Origin: an uncultured Acidimicrobiia bacterium
GTDB lineage: Bacteria > Acidobacteriota > Terriglobia > Versatilivoradales > Versatilivoraceae
Reading direction: 5' to 3'
DNA: 64,000 nucleotides
Assembly: GCA_963786955.1 (NCBI GenBank)
Contig: CAWBAT010000005.1
Coordinates: 512,001-576,000 of the forward strand
Under the pieces are notes generated by a model. That model did not search any database and was not told where the DNA came from. It saw nothing but the letters and a program-made list of their open reading frames with translations. Positions 1-12,200 of the stretch are shown piece after piece (positions within the stretch are counted from its first letter, which is position 1; every line of letters begins with the position of its first letter). Made by a program: the position numbers and the translations under genes.

Positions 1-98
1 CACCTGCCCCTCTCCGACCCGCTCTCTGCGAAGGAGCCGAGCAGCCTCTTTGAATTTTCCCTTTGCAAGGAGGGACGAACCAGAAAAGGTAGAAAACC

Positions 99-1127
99 AT
101 GACTTTCGGAATCATGCTCATCCTGGTAGCAGGGATCATGGGCGCCAGTTTTGCCGTGCCCATGCGCTATATGCAGCGCTGGGCGTGGGAAAACATTTGG
201 ACTGTGTGGTCTGTAGTGGCTCTGTTGATCGTCCCGTGGGCGTTGGCCTTTTCCACGGTTTCTGGCCTGGGCACAGTGTATGGTGAAGCCGGAATCAAAG
301 CTCTTTGTCTGACGGGAACTTTGGGATTTCTTTGGGGAATTGCCGGCTTCCTTTTTGGACTGAGCGTTGAACTCGTCGGCATGTCATTGACTTTCGCCGT
401 CGTCAACGGAATGTCATCTGCCATCGGGAGCCTGGTTCCTCTCCTGGTGCTTCACAGACAGAGCGTCTTCACTTCGGGAGGTCTCTTGGTTTCTGTTGGT
501 GTGTTCGGAGTAGTGATGGGAGTTCTTCTCTGTTCCTGGGCAGGGAGCCTTCGGGCCAAAACTAAAGAGGATCCGGCCAATACTACAATGTCAAAGGGAA
601 ATTCCGCCAATTTCTGGCGCGGCTTAGCCGTAACATTTGGCTCTGCAGTTCTGGCCCCTTGTCTTAACCTGGGGATTGCCTTTGGCCGTGAAATCACTGC
701 CGCAGCGGTTAACCACGGTACTTCTCCGGCCGCCTCCACCAATGGGTTGCTTGCCATCCTCTTCACGGGAGGCTTCCTCTCGAATATCGCTTACTGTGTT
801 TACCGCATTCGGAAAAACAGAACGGCCGGCTTGTTTGCGATCACGGAGAGTAAAAAGTACTTCGCGTTGGGAGCCCTCATGGGCGCCTTATGGATCTTTT
901 CTTATGCCATTTACGGATCCTCTCTTTCGTTTCTTGGAGAATTTGGTACGGTAGCCGGTTGGCCAATCCTGATGGCAGCCATTACGATTGCATCGAGTCT
1001 GTGGGATGTCGCTTTTGGAGACTGGCGCAAAGGGCCGCTTCGCATCATGGCACTGGGCGTGGCTCTCTTGATTGCCATGGTCGGGTTGATTAGTTTTGGA
1101 ATGGCCCGCCTGCAGCAAGGAGTATGA
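99..1127 (+). CDS. rhaT: RhaT-family (DMT superfamily) sugar:proton symporter
   Basis: About 10 TM segments; N-terminal GASFAVPM..W.WEN.W motif typical of L-rhamnose/H+ symporter RhaT. Substrate not certain. Confidence 0.75.
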   Translation: MTFGIMLILVAGIMGASFAVPMRYMQRWAWENIWTVWSVVALLIVPWALAFSTVSGLGTVYGEAGIKALCLTGTLGFLWGIAGFLFGLSVELVGMSLTFAVVNGMSSAIGSLVPLLVLHRQSVFTSGGLLVSVGVFGVVMGVLLCSWAGSLRAKTKEDPANTTMSKGNSANFWRGLAVTFGSAVLAPCLNLGIAFGREITAAAVNHGTSPAASTNGLLAILFTGGFLSNIAYCVYRIRKNRTAGLFAITESKKYFALGALMGALWIFSYAIYGSSLSFLGEFGTVAGWPILMAAITIASSLWDVAFGDWRKGPLRIMALGVALLIAMVGLISFGMARLQQGV

Positions 1128-1133
1128 GATAAC

Positions 1134-4100
1134 ATGGACCGTCGGAAATTCATCCGAAACGGAAGCCTGCTGGCCGTTAGCTTCGGTGCGGGCACCCGAA
1201 TTTTCCCGTGGGAAAATGGCGAGCGATTGCTGGCCGCAATCCCTGAAACGGCAGTGAAGAATACCAACTGGGCAAGTGTTGATGAGAAGGCGGCAGCAAA
1301 AGCATCGTCTTATATCATCGACCCTCCGTGGGGATATGAACCTGGGAACGCTATCCTCGAAGATCTTCACCGAGGCTGGGCGACCGACAGCGAAACAACT
1401 GGAGCCTGGTTGGAGATTCGTTTTCCTGAACCGAGACCGGTCCAGGAAATCTGGTTGGTCGGCAGGGCTCATCCCTATAACCTTGAGGGGCAGGATCCCT
1501 ACCTTGTGATCTATGCCCGCCGGGAGACACCCGGTGCGCCGCAGAAGATCACTTGCACGCTCTCGGGGGGCGACGTTCAAACCGCGGAATTACGGCAGGC
1601 AAGCTTTTATCAAATCATTCGTCTGCCGAAGCAGGAACTCACGGAATCAGTCCGGCTCACGGTCAACGAAGTCTGGCCTGAGCCTGGGACGAAGGGTGTG
1701 GGACTGGGAAAGGTGAGAGTCTTTTCGCAGCTTCATAGTCCTTCTTTCGAAATGACTGTCTATCCAAATTACGATGCTCAACAGGGTAAAGCACTCCAGG
1801 CAGCCACGCTTCTTTTTGTCAACCCGGGAGAACAGATTGCCGATGGCAAACTTCAAATCCTGCAAGGTGGAACTCTCCTGGCCACTCTCAGCCTGCAGAC
1901 GATCCCATCCCAGTCAGCTTACAGCCAGGATTTGTGGATTCCGGCCCCCTTTGAAGACTGCGACTGGGAATTCAAAGTAACAAGCCAAGCCACTAGTCTG
2001 AAGTTGAGCCAAAGACTGCGCGTCTCAGCCTATCGCTCGTATTTTGACGGCGGCGTCTTTGGGTATCATTGCAGCAACCACAATGACCTGGGATGGCTGG
2101 ACACTCAGGAAAAGACAGCGGACTATCGATCCGAGGTTCTGATCCTCCCCGCCATGAAGCTGTTGAAAGAGAATCCCGAATTCCGTTACTCAATGGAGTG
2201 TACTGCTTATTTGATGGAATTCCTTGATCGTCATCCAGAGAAGCGCAATGAATTAGCAGAGTACATCAAAGAGGGACGTTTCACCTGGGGAGCTAGTTAT
2301 GTTCAAGTGCAGGAAGTTCATGTGGGGCCAGAGAAACTCGTGCGACAGTTTTACCTGGGGAAACGCTGGTTGAGGAAGACATTTGGAGTGGATAGCCATT
2401 GGTATATGAAAACTGACCCACCATCGATGACCCTCCAGATGCCCCAGATTCTGCGTAAGGCCGGGATCAATTACATCGTCCAGGGTCGCATGCCTTATGG
2501 TTATTATCGGTGGAGGTCTCCGGACGGGTCCGAGATCCTGACATATGCCTATCATTATATTGACCATTGGAGACTGCTGGACTTCAAGACCAACCACGGA
2601 TGGTTGGCCTATGCAGCAGCGCGTGAAAACTACTATGCCTCTCACAAACTTCCTCCCCTGATTTGCTACGACTATGCCAGCGATTATCTTCCGCCGCAAC
2701 CTGGCTTGATCCCATACGTCAAAGAGCAAAACCAGGCCATGAAGCGGTTCCGAGAAAGTTGGAATAGGCACTTCGCCGAGCAGAAGGATAGACAGATCCA
2801 TCCGCCAGAACTTACGTTTGTCGAGCCAGAAGGATTTCTCGATAAGTTATCGTCCAACCCGCTAAACATAGAGACACTCAGCGGAGATTGGCCATTCAGC
2901 TGGGCTTACTATGACGAACCTTCCAATCGAGAGGGTCTGTTGGCAGGACGCGAAGCACACAATCGCCTTCTGGCAGCGGAGCGAGTCCTCGCCGGACTTG
3001 GGGATTGGGACTCATATCCTGGCAAAATCCTTGCAGACGCTTGGCAAGCCAATTGTTGGCCCGATCATGGTTGGGGAGGGAACAGAGGAATCGCCACGGA
3101 CGCTGCTTACGTAGCCTCTTACGAAAAGTCGAAAAAGTTGGCAGATCAACTTCTTGAGAGGGTCGGCAGGCATCTTACTTCAGCGGTTCCAAAGGGAGCA
3201 GAAAAACAGTTGCCTTTGGTCGTGATGAATCCCGTTTCGTGGAAGCGCAGCGATGCGGTGAGGTGTGCAATTGATTTGCCGGCCGGTTGGGATTTTGTGG
3301 CTCTTCGTGACGACACAGGGAATCCTGTCCCCCTTCAAAAGATCTCCGAACCAAAAGGAGGACGCAAAGTAGAAGTTATTTTCCTGGCAGAGGATGTACC
3401 ATCGGTAGGTTACCGCACATACTATATAGAACCTTCGGATACCCCTCCTCCGCCTGCCCGGCTGCCCAATGACGTCATCGAAAATGAATATTCGAGAATT
3501 GAGATTGATGTTGGAGGGCTCAAGTCGTTTTTTGATAAGCGGCTCCGCCGGGAGGTGTTGCGAACTGAGAAATTCTTCGGAGGAGAAATTCTGCAGTTCA
3601 CGGCCCCCGGCCAGGCCTGGGAAGACCCGGAAATTGTGACCATGGATGATTTTGACAGGACGGCCAATCACCCCTTTTCTATCGAGGGTCCGTTCCGGGG
3701 GCCTGTGCGAATGACCGCGGTTTGCACTTCCCAGTTCAAGCACTTTGCGCTCCGACAACACTTCAGTCTCTACCATGGGCTCGACCGAGTGGAAATCGAA
3801 ATCGAGATCGTCAATTGGAATGGACAGAAGGATCGAGAATTACGTGTCGCATTCCCCATCAACATCGAGGAAGCACGCTTGTCTTATGAAGTTCCTTTCG
3901 GGACAGTGGAAATGGGGAAAGACGAGTTAGACTTTTCGTTGTTGCCTTCAGACTCGTATCCGACGATCTTCGTGCCGCAGGTGTATGGAGCCGTGCACCC
4001 GTTGCGTTTTCGCGAAGCGATTAATTGGATCGATGCTTCGTCATCGCAGTATCAGGGATTCGGTGTCCTGGGCGCCTCAGACAGCATGGTGCACCTGTTC

Positions 4101-4616
4101 AAGGACGAAACGACGAATCCCGTCTCTTACCCTATACTCCAGCACGTCCTCCTATCAACCCGTAAGAGCCTTGCCTGGAATCCAGATTACTGGTTTACCC
4201 AGGAGGGAAGCCACCGCTATCGAATGGCACTATTCACTCATCAAGGGAACTGGCGGTCCCGACATCGGGACGCCATCGCTTTCAATTATCCCTTGGTTGC
4301 CTTCGTGGCCTCACCTGGAGAGACAGCGAAAACCCCCTCTCTTCCGGCCAGCCGGGAATTCTTGAGGCTGGAACCGAAGAATTTGGTTTTGACGGCCATG
4401 AAGAAAGCTGAAGATGATGAGCGCATCGTACTGCGCTTTTACGAAGCAGAAGGCCAAGCCGTTCGTTCGCGGATCAAACTCTGTAAACCGATTCAGCAGG
4501 CTTGGCGGGCAAGCTTGATCGAAGATGATGAAGAAAAACTGCCTGTCTCAACGGATGGGACCGTTGAATTTGAGGTTAGCCCTTGGGAAATTGTAACGAT
4601 GAAGATTGCCGTATAG
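1134..4616 (+). CDS. Tat-exported glycoside hydrolase family 38-like protein with N-terminal discoidin/F5-8-like domain
   Basis: MDRRKFI Tat motif; HNDLGW Zn-binding motif; LVRQFYLGKRW; C-terminal YEVPFG and KKAEDD..IVLRFYE GH38C motifs. Confidence 0.85.
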   Translation: MDRRKFIRNGSLLAVSFGAGTRIFPWENGERLLAAIPETAVKNTNWASVDEKAAAKASSYIIDPPWGYEPGNAILEDLHRGWATDSETTGAWLEIRFPEPRPVQEIWLVGRAHPYNLEGQDPYLVIYARRETPGAPQKITCTLSGGDVQTAELRQASFYQIIRLPKQELTESVRLTVNEVWPEPGTKGVGLGKVRVFSQLHSPSFEMTVYPNYDAQQGKALQAATLLFVNPGEQIADGKLQILQGGTLLATLSLQTIPSQSAYSQDLWIPAPFEDCDWEFKVTSQATSLKLSQRLRVSAYRSYFDGGVFGYHCSNHNDLGWLDTQEKTADYRSEVLILPAMKLLKENPEFRYSMECTAYLMEFLDRHPEKRNELAEYIKEGRFTWGASYVQVQEVHVGPEKLVRQFYLGKRWLRKTFGVDSHWYMKTDPPSMTLQMPQILRKAGINYIVQGRMPYGYYRWRSPDGSEILTYAYHYIDHWRLLDFKTNHGWLAYAAARENYYASHKLPPLICYDYASDYLPPQPGLIPYVKEQNQAMKRFRESWNRHFAEQKDRQIHPPELTFVEPEGFLDKLSSNPLNIETLSGDWPFSWAYYDEPSNREGLLAGREAHNRLLAAERVLAGLGDWDSYPGKILADAWQANCWPDHGWGGNRGIATDAAYVASYEKSKKLADQLLERVGRHLTSAVPKGAEKQLPLVVMNPVSWKRSDAVRCAIDLPAGWDFVALRDDTGNPVPLQKISEPKGGRKVEVIFLAEDVPSVGYRTYYIEPSDTPPPPARLPNDVIENEYSRIEIDVGGLKSFFDKRLRREVLRTEKFFGGEILQFTAPGQAWEDPEIVTMDDFDRTANHPFSIEGPFRGPVRMTAVCTSQFKHFALRQHFSLYHGLDRVEIEIEIVNWNGQKDRELRVAFPINIEEARLSYEVPFGTVEMGKDELDFSLLPSDSYPTIFVPQVYGAVHPLRFREAINWIDASSSQYQGFGVLGASDSMVHLFKDETTNPVSYPILQHVLLSTRKSLAWNPDYWFTQEGSHRYRMALFTHQGNWRSRHRDAIAFNYPLVAFVASPGETAKTPSLPASREFLRLEPKNLVLTAMKKAEDDERIVLRFYEAEGQAVRSRIKLCKPIQQAWRASLIEDDEEKLPVSTDGTVEFEVSPWEIVTMKIAV

Positions 4617-4705
4617 GGAAGGTCGAATGCCGATCGGAGCGGTTGTAGCAGAGCCTCTCTTTTCGAGTCTGCCGAATTTATCATAGCCGCAAAGGAAAAC
4701 ATAAC

Positions 4706-5483
4706 ATGCGCTTGAAAGATCGTGTGGCATTGGTGACGGGTATGGCCATGGGGATCGGTCAGGGTGATCGCGGAATTATTTGCACAAGAAGGGGCTGCCG
4801 TCATTGGAATCGATATCGATGAAAAACTGGGCAACCAGGTAGCGGGGAAGATTTTGTCAGATGGAGGGCGCTGCCAGTTCCTTGTCGGCGACGTCGGTTC
4901 GGAAGAATCAGTCCAGACCTGTGTTCAGGCAGGTCTGGATCAATTCGGAAGGATTGATGTTCTGGTTAATGTCGTTGGAATCGCAGCTGAGTGCCCGGTA
5001 GACAAACTCGAGCTAGCCGAGTGGGACCGGATTCTTCGGGTGAACTTGACCAGCGTGTATCTAACCTCAAAGTTCGTTTTGCCCGGCATGTTGGATCAGA
5101 AACGCGGATCCATTATTCATGTCTCATCCGTTCAGGCCTTGCTTGGATTCCCGGGGTATCCCCATTATGCTGCCAGTAAAGGCGCCATCATTAGCCTGAC
5201 CCGTCAAATGGCGTCGGAATACGCCTGCCGTGGGATCCGCGTGAACTGCATTGCTCCCGGCACCATAGAAACCCCCATGAATGTGAAAGTGCTGGAGCGT
5301 GCCCCTGACCCGAAGAAACTTCGGGAAGCCTGGGCAAGGATGCATCCAATGGGGCGGATCGGTCAACCCGTTGATATTGGCTATGCAGCAGTTTATTTGG
5401 CATGTGATGAGTCTTCATTTGTGACTGGCCAATATCTAGTAGTGGATGGCGGAGTCTCCAGCTGTGCCCCATTACGACTGTAG
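4706..5483 (+). pseudogene. SDR family oxidoreductase, +1 frameshift near 5' end (possibly an assembly error)
   Basis: ATG at 4706 after AAGGA reads MRLKDRVALVTGMAMGIGQ (TGxxxGIG). An extra G at 4762-4764 shifts into ORF 4764..5483, which has YAASK and the C-terminal VDGG. Confidence 0.85.
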
Positions 5484-5496
5484 TCCGCATTCCTTC

Positions 5497-5596
5497 AGAG
5501 GGGGTCGCTCGCCTGAGCGTTCCCCGGTTTTCCTGGAGCACTGAACTGAAATGGTTTCGCTACTCACGAGGGAACGGATCAGCGTTGGTTCCCTAC
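5497..5596. repeat. REP/REPIN-like element (GGGAACG...CGTTCCCTAC family)
   Basis: Two short palindromes ending in CCCTAC; ends and internal spacer are homologous to 43416-43503. Confidence 0.6.
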
Positions 5597-5668
5597 GTCG
5601 CTCACAATTAATTACCCCCCTCCTTCCCTCAACGGAGGAGATTTAACAAACTTCGAGGAGAGATCACT

Positions 5669-8600
5669 ATGATGCGGACACTTCGGCCTCTTATCTTTCT
5701 CACTCTCATCTTCTTTTCCATGTTTCTATTACTGCCCCTCACCTCTTTGGGAGTACCGATCAACGTGGAGGTTCAGTCCTGCTCAGGGACGACATCGCTG
5801 AGCAAGCAGGGAGACGTAACCCGGATCACCCTGGACGCTCCAAAAGAAATTACCTACGAAAGCGGGGGCTGTTCAATGGTTGACAGCTTCGATCTCGCAG
5901 AAAACCCGGTGTTGGATTTTTGGATCCGTGTCAAAGGGAATCACTCTGTAGCTTTTTCTGTGGGCTTCGGCAAGTCTGGCATTGCTTACGCAGGTTACCA
6001 GGGAACTGCCCTGCACGCCCTTAATATTGTCGGGATTCAATATGGCGTCCCCAGCCTGGGCGACCTGGGTTCAATTAATGACGGAGAATGGCACCACATT
6101 GTTTATGACCTCGGCTTCGCCGTCGAGACCCAGCTTGGGGGAAAACCGGAAACGATAAGAAAAGCTCAATTAGCCATCGGCGATAGGCAGGCAGCTCTGA
6201 ATATTTTTGCGGGTGTCCCAGCCCAACCTCTGCCGGAAACGGTAGATTTGCGCAACGTTGTGCTGCGTTCCCGGCAAGCCAATGAAAGCTGTTTTAACGA
6301 CGTGTACTTATCTCTCGCTGCCGTCCCGACGAAGGGTTCCGGAGAGGGGGCTACGCAACTGGTTGCTGGTTCCATCACGAGCCGCCAGTCACTGCCCGGC
6401 GCCGAACTGATCATTGAGAGTGGAAATACAGCCGTTACGAAAGAAAACTTCGGCACTATTCAGGGCCGTAAGGATTTTGCAATGAGTGTCGTGGTACCTG
6501 ACTACCAGCGCGGAATTCGCGCCAGAGTCCTGTCGAACAGCAAAACCGTTGCAGAACGCAAGTTGCAGCTTCTTCCACCTCTGACTGCCCTTGCCAACGC
6601 GACCATCCATATCATTCCGAACAGTCACAATGATATAGCCTGGCTGGACTCGCCCGAGATTACGGCTGACTGGCGGCGAGACATGGTCATTGGCCCGGCG
6701 ATACCGCTGCTCGAGAAATATCCAGATTATCGTTACGGGATGGAAACGACTCTCTTTTTGATTGAGTACCTGCATCGAGCGCCATTTCAAGCCGAGAAGA
6801 TTCGTAAACTGACGGCTGAAGGGCGACTCGGGTGGGGCGCTACCTTCAACCAGCCTTATCAGTCACTGTGGCGGGGAGAAAGCCTGGTTCGTCAGCTGTA
6901 TTACGGCCGGAAATGGATGCGCGAGAATCTTGGGCCGGATGTAGATTGCGTCACCGCCTGGGGAACAGATGTCCCGTCCGTCACCATGCAGATGCCACAG
7001 ATTTTCGCCAAGTCCGGGAGTGAAATACTTGATGCTGGGTCGATTTCGACCTGGAGTCTTCAACTGGTACAGCCCCGATGGATCGAAGATTGCTGTCGGC
7101 TCCCAAGGAATGTATGGGCGATTATCGGCGTACATAGAGCCCTACCAACCTCTTGATGCGGCTCTGAAATTGCCTCAACTGCTTACTCATTGGAATGACT
7201 ACTATCAGAAGAATGATATCCCTCCGCATTTTGCCATCACTGATATGACTGACTACTTGCCTCCAACAGAGGAACTCGTTCCACTGATCCACAATTGGGA
7301 CAAGGAGATCAAACAAAAATATGGTCTTGATCTCAATTTAAGGTTCTCGACAGGTGAAGATTTCATGAAGGCCATCACATCCAATCCGTCTGCCAAATTC
7401 CCGGATCTGAAGGGTGATTGGCCAAATGTCTGGGCTTATATCCACGGGCCGACTCACCACGACACCGTTTCAGCCGGCAGAGAAGCCGTCTGGTTGCTTG
7501 CTTCCGCTGAAAAATTTTGGACATTGGTGGACATGGCCTCTGAGGGAAAAGAGCAATACCCTAAGTCAACTTTTGATAACGCCTGGATGGCCCAGATTTA
7601 TCCGGATCATGGGTACGGAGGGTATCGTGGAGCAATCACCGACATCGAGTTCCAGGCCAAGGAGCAAGAGGCACTCCTTATCGGAAAGACCTTGTTAAAT
7701 AGTTCCATTGAGTGGATTGCAGAGCATGCAACCCCTGTGGACCCCAAATTATCCAAGCTGGTCGTCTTGAATCCGCTCTCCTGGGATCGTTCTGGAATTG
7801 CACTGGTCGATATACCGACGCCTGGAGGGCAAGAAGCCCAAGTCGTAAACGCCGACGGGAGCGCCGTGCCAGTGCAGCGCATTCCTCAACCCTCGGGTGG
7901 GAAGGTGAAATACCTCGTCGACTGCAGAAAGATCCCCTCCGTAGGTTATTCTACCTTTTCAGTTCGCTACACAGTTCCAGAGAAGCAGTCCCTTAATCCG
8001 GCGACTTTAAGTTCCCATACCCTTGAGAACGAATTCTACCGCCTCGAACTTGTTCCAGGGGGAGTGAAGAGCATCTATGACAAACAACTCCAAAAAGAGC
8101 TGCTGAATACCGAGGCCTTTCTCGGCGGAGAGATCTTCATGATGGATTCTGTCGGGAATGGTGCCCATGAGCTCGGGTCCTTTCAGCAGCCGTCGTGGAA
8201 GAAAATTGAAAAGCTCAGCCAGTATAATCCCGGCTGGCGAATGTTGGAGTCTGGACCCATTCGCACGGGTTGGAGAATCGAACAGGCTTTCAAGGAAGCT
8301 ACCTTGCGCCTGGACGTTTATCTTTACAAGCACTACAAGCGTCTCGACTTTGATGCTGAAATCCTCAATTGGTCTGGAGAGAAGTTCAAAGAGTTCCGAA
8401 TGGCTTTCCCTGTCAACATGCCTGGTGGACAAGTTGCCTACGAAGTTCCATACGGCGCACTGGAGGTCGGCAAAGATGAAATCGATGCCATTCCGTTCAA
8501 AGGTTGGTATTCGCAGCATCCCTATGATATTCACCCGCGCGAGGTGCAGGATTGGATCGCGGTTTCCGACGGAAAGCAGACCGTGATGCTCTCTTCTTCG

Positions 8601-9137
8601 GTAGCCGTATGGGACTATCTGGATTCAGAGGCCAAGAAAGACCGTTTCACACTCCTGCAACCCCTTCTCCTCGCCGCACGTAAGAGTTGTCACAGCCTTG
8701 GTAATTGGTACTTGCAGAAGGGTGATCATCGATATCACTTCTCTTTGACTTCATTTGAAGGAGACTGGCGCAACAATGTGAGGTTTGGGAATGAAATGAA
8801 TGCCCCATTCCCCTCCGTCTTCACTGGGCCTCAAGCAATTAAGCCAGCACTGCCTTCGGCATTGAGCTTATGCCAGGTTTCTGCACCCAACTATATCGTC
8901 AGCGAAATGAAAAAGGCCGATGACGGAAAGGGAATTATTTTCCGCGGATACGAAATTGCAGGGCACTCGAGCGAAGTTGGCCTAAGCCTCCCCTTCCAGA
9001 TTGAGCAGGCCAATGCGACCAGCTTGATTGAGGAAAACCTTCCAGAAAAAGTTGAATCTGGCGGAAATCAGTTGCGTTTCAAGACGGGCCAGCGTTCGAT
9101 TAATGCAGTACGCGCGATTGTTCAGTGGAAACCATGA
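5669..9137 (+). pseudogene. Secreted GH38-like glycoside hydrolase split by a +1 frameshift (ORFs 5669..7156 and 6969..9137)
   Basis: Signal peptide, SHNDIAW and WGTDVPS in the first ORF. Removing one G at 7016-7018 joins FAKSG to VKYLMLGR; GH38 C-terminal motifs in the second ORF. Confidence 0.85.
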
Positions 9138-9142
9138 TTCTG

Positions 9143-9196
9143 GTCAAAGGGTCCAACGTCCAAGGTCTAAGGTCCTTAGGCTAAGGTCCAAAGTCT
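9143..9196. repeat. Degenerate heptamer tandem repeat (GTCCAAG)x~7
   Basis: gtcaaag-g-gtccaac-gtccaag-gtctaag-gtcctta-ggctaag-gtccaaa immediately after the stop codon. Confidence 0.7.
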
Positions 9197-9294
9197 GTAG
9201 TAAATCTGCCTTGAAGGGGTGCTCTTCTTCTTGCATCTGATTCCTGATCGTTACTTTTCCCCTTTTTATTTCTCCTTCTTAATTTTTCACTCCT

Positions 9295-12200
9295 TTGGTG
9301 ATGCCAATGAATCCTACCAACAGCGCAACCCGTCGTACCTTTCTGCAGACGCTACTCACCGCCTGCACCTCTTATGCTGCCAGCAGTTCATTGTTTGCCC
9401 AGGGGCTTCCCCGTGACAGCGCCTTTCAAGTCAGACTCAGTCATCTCTATAGTCAAGAAGGTAACCAGCTCCGGCAGATTCTGCTGGCCGATGTGCCTTC
9501 TGCCGGCGTTGGATCCAGCATTGAAGCAATCATTGGTAAGCGTTCGGAGAAGTTTGATTTGGCAAAGGTCCGAAAGATAGCCGGTCAATATTACCTTCCC
9601 ATCACCCCCCTCGAACAGACGGAGAACGCTCAATTCACCTTGAAAACGGACGGCAAAGTCCTGGAGACCTCGATCCAGGTAAAACCGGTCCGGCAGTGGA
9701 AAATCTACTTGATCCACAATTCACACCAGGACCCCGGATTCCTGGATTTGCCCTCAAAACTGCGGGAGCGGTTTATCCCGTACATTGACGACGCGATGAA
9801 ATTTTGTGCAGAAACCAGCGATTGGCCGGATGACGCTCAGTTTCGTTGGAATATTGAAGTCAGCTATTTGATGGAAGATTACCGTAAGCGCCATGGTGAT
9901 GAGAAGGTTCGACAGGTGATGGATTGGGTCAAAAAAGGGCGGATGACCATTGGCGGATTGTATTGCAGCATGGATACCGATTTCATGAGTCTGGAGACCC
10001 TGCATCGCGCCGTCTATTATGCAACGAATCATCTGACTCGTGATTTTGGTATTAACCTGGAAGGAGCCATCCTCGATGACGTCAACGGCTTCACCTGGGC
10101 GCTGGTTGAAGTGATGGCAAAATCGGGTTTGAAGTATCTGGTGATGGGCTCCAATAGCGACCGTGACAATATGCAAAACGGAAACGCGCCGACCCTGTTT
10201 TACCTGGAGGGGCCCGAAGGCAGCGAGATCCTCATCTGGCGGCCCATCCAATATGTGGAAGGGTTTGATCTTTTGACCTTTGAGGATCCTTATACAGGAA
10301 GGAACGTCAAAGGGATCGACATGAAAGAAGGTGAGAGAACTATCGCGCGATACTTTGACCGGCATGAACGCAACGGCTATCCGTTTGACGTCATCGCCCT
10401 TCAGGTGGCTTCCGACTTCACCCCTCCCTTTAAGCAACTCTCGGAAGTCACTCGGGACTGGAATGCGGAATGGGCATTCCCGAAATTGCGTGTTTCGACC
10501 ATCCCTGAGTTCTTCCGCGTAGCAGAAGAGCAGTACAAAGATCGCATCCCACGCCTGCGGGGTGGTGTACCCGATGGCTGGGTTGACCTGCAACTGGGAG
10601 AAGCCAATGTCGCAGCGCTGGGACGTCGGACAGAAAATTACCTACCTGATGTTGAACGGCTTGCGACACTCGCTCAATGGACATCCAATGGTCCTGCTCG
10701 TCAAAATGAATTTTCGGCTGCTTACAACCGGTTGCTCCTCTGGGAGGAGCACACGATTGAATGGTGGGACATTCGAGCCGACATTTACGTTGACGAGGCT
10801 CAGGGTGGCGGGAAACGGCACTGGGAGGAAAAGTCCGGCCATGCCAGGGAGGCCCATGATGCGGCTGCCAAAATCGGACAGGAAACCCTTCAGACTTTGT
10901 CTCGAAATGTTCGAACTCCCTCTCCTCTTTCATTGGTAGTTTGGAATCCACTTTCCTGGAATCGCAGTGAAATTGTGCGCACGCCGGTCCCGCAATCGGC
11001 GAAACTGCCTTTCCGGCTCGTCGATGTTCAAAATGGCCGTGAAATCATTTACCAAATCGAGAAGCGAGAAGGGTCTCCCGACACTATCGTGTTCCAGGGT
11101 GAGAATATTCCGTCTCTGGGATATCGAACTTACTCGATTGAGGCCGGCAACCCCACGACAGCTGGAAGTCCCCCCACGGTTGGGGAGAAGACCATCGAAA
11201 ATCAGCATTTCGGATTGACGTTGCGTGAAAAAGACGGGACCCTGGCTAGCCTCTACGACAAAGAACTCAAGCGTGAATTCGTGGACCCCAAAGCGGAACA
11301 CGGATTCAATCAGCTCGTTTACCGCCTCCATCAACGCCTGACCGAGCGGGAATACAAACTGCTTGGGGAAATTCCCATGCAGGATGTCGTTATTACCAAA
11401 GGAGCGTCTGGCCCGGTTTACTCCAGCCTGAAGGTTTCAGGCCACGTTGAGTATATTTGTAAATTTGAGCACGAAATCATTCTCTACTCCGGCTTGAAAC
11501 GAGTCGAATTCCACAACCGGATCATGAAGAAGCCGGTCTATCCAAAAGAATCTGTCCATTATGCTTTTCCCTTTGCAGTCCCCACGCACTATCATTTCTG
11601 GGCGGACAATTTGACCCATCAGAACACTTACAAGATCGATGTCCCTGGCGCCGTCATGCAGCCGGACCTGGATCAGATTCCGGGATCCATCCGCGACAAC
11701 TACGTAGCCCGGCATTGGGTCTCGATCTCTCGGGATGATTACGGCATTCTTTGGTCCTCCATCGACGCACCCATCGTTCAACTGGGAGGAATTCACACCG
11801 ACAAGTATTTGCCCTGGCTTACGATGCAAGACGACAACTGGCTGACCCGTGGCTGGCTGTATTCTTTACTGATGTACAACCACTGGGTCGTGGATGTGCC
11901 CATCGCTCAAGGGGGAGATTATCTCTTTCGTTATGCAATGACGACACATGGGGCTAATTGGACTTATGACGACGCTCATCGATTCGGGTGGAGTTTCATG
12001 AGCCCGCTGCAAGCGTATGCGGTAGAAGGAATGCAGCCAGGAACGTGGAATGAGCCAGCTCACAGTTTCCTGGAGATTTCTCCAGGAAATGTTTACCTGG
12101 CTGGATTTAAAGCCGCTGAGGATGGTGACGGCTTAATCTTGCGTCTCTATGAAGGGGGAAACGCTTCATCAAACGCGGTAGTTCAATTCAACTTGCCAGG

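Noticed and set aside
7010-7020. Programmed frameshifting or phase variation at the split genes
   Set aside because: No slippery heptamer or long homopolymer; runs of only 2-3 bases
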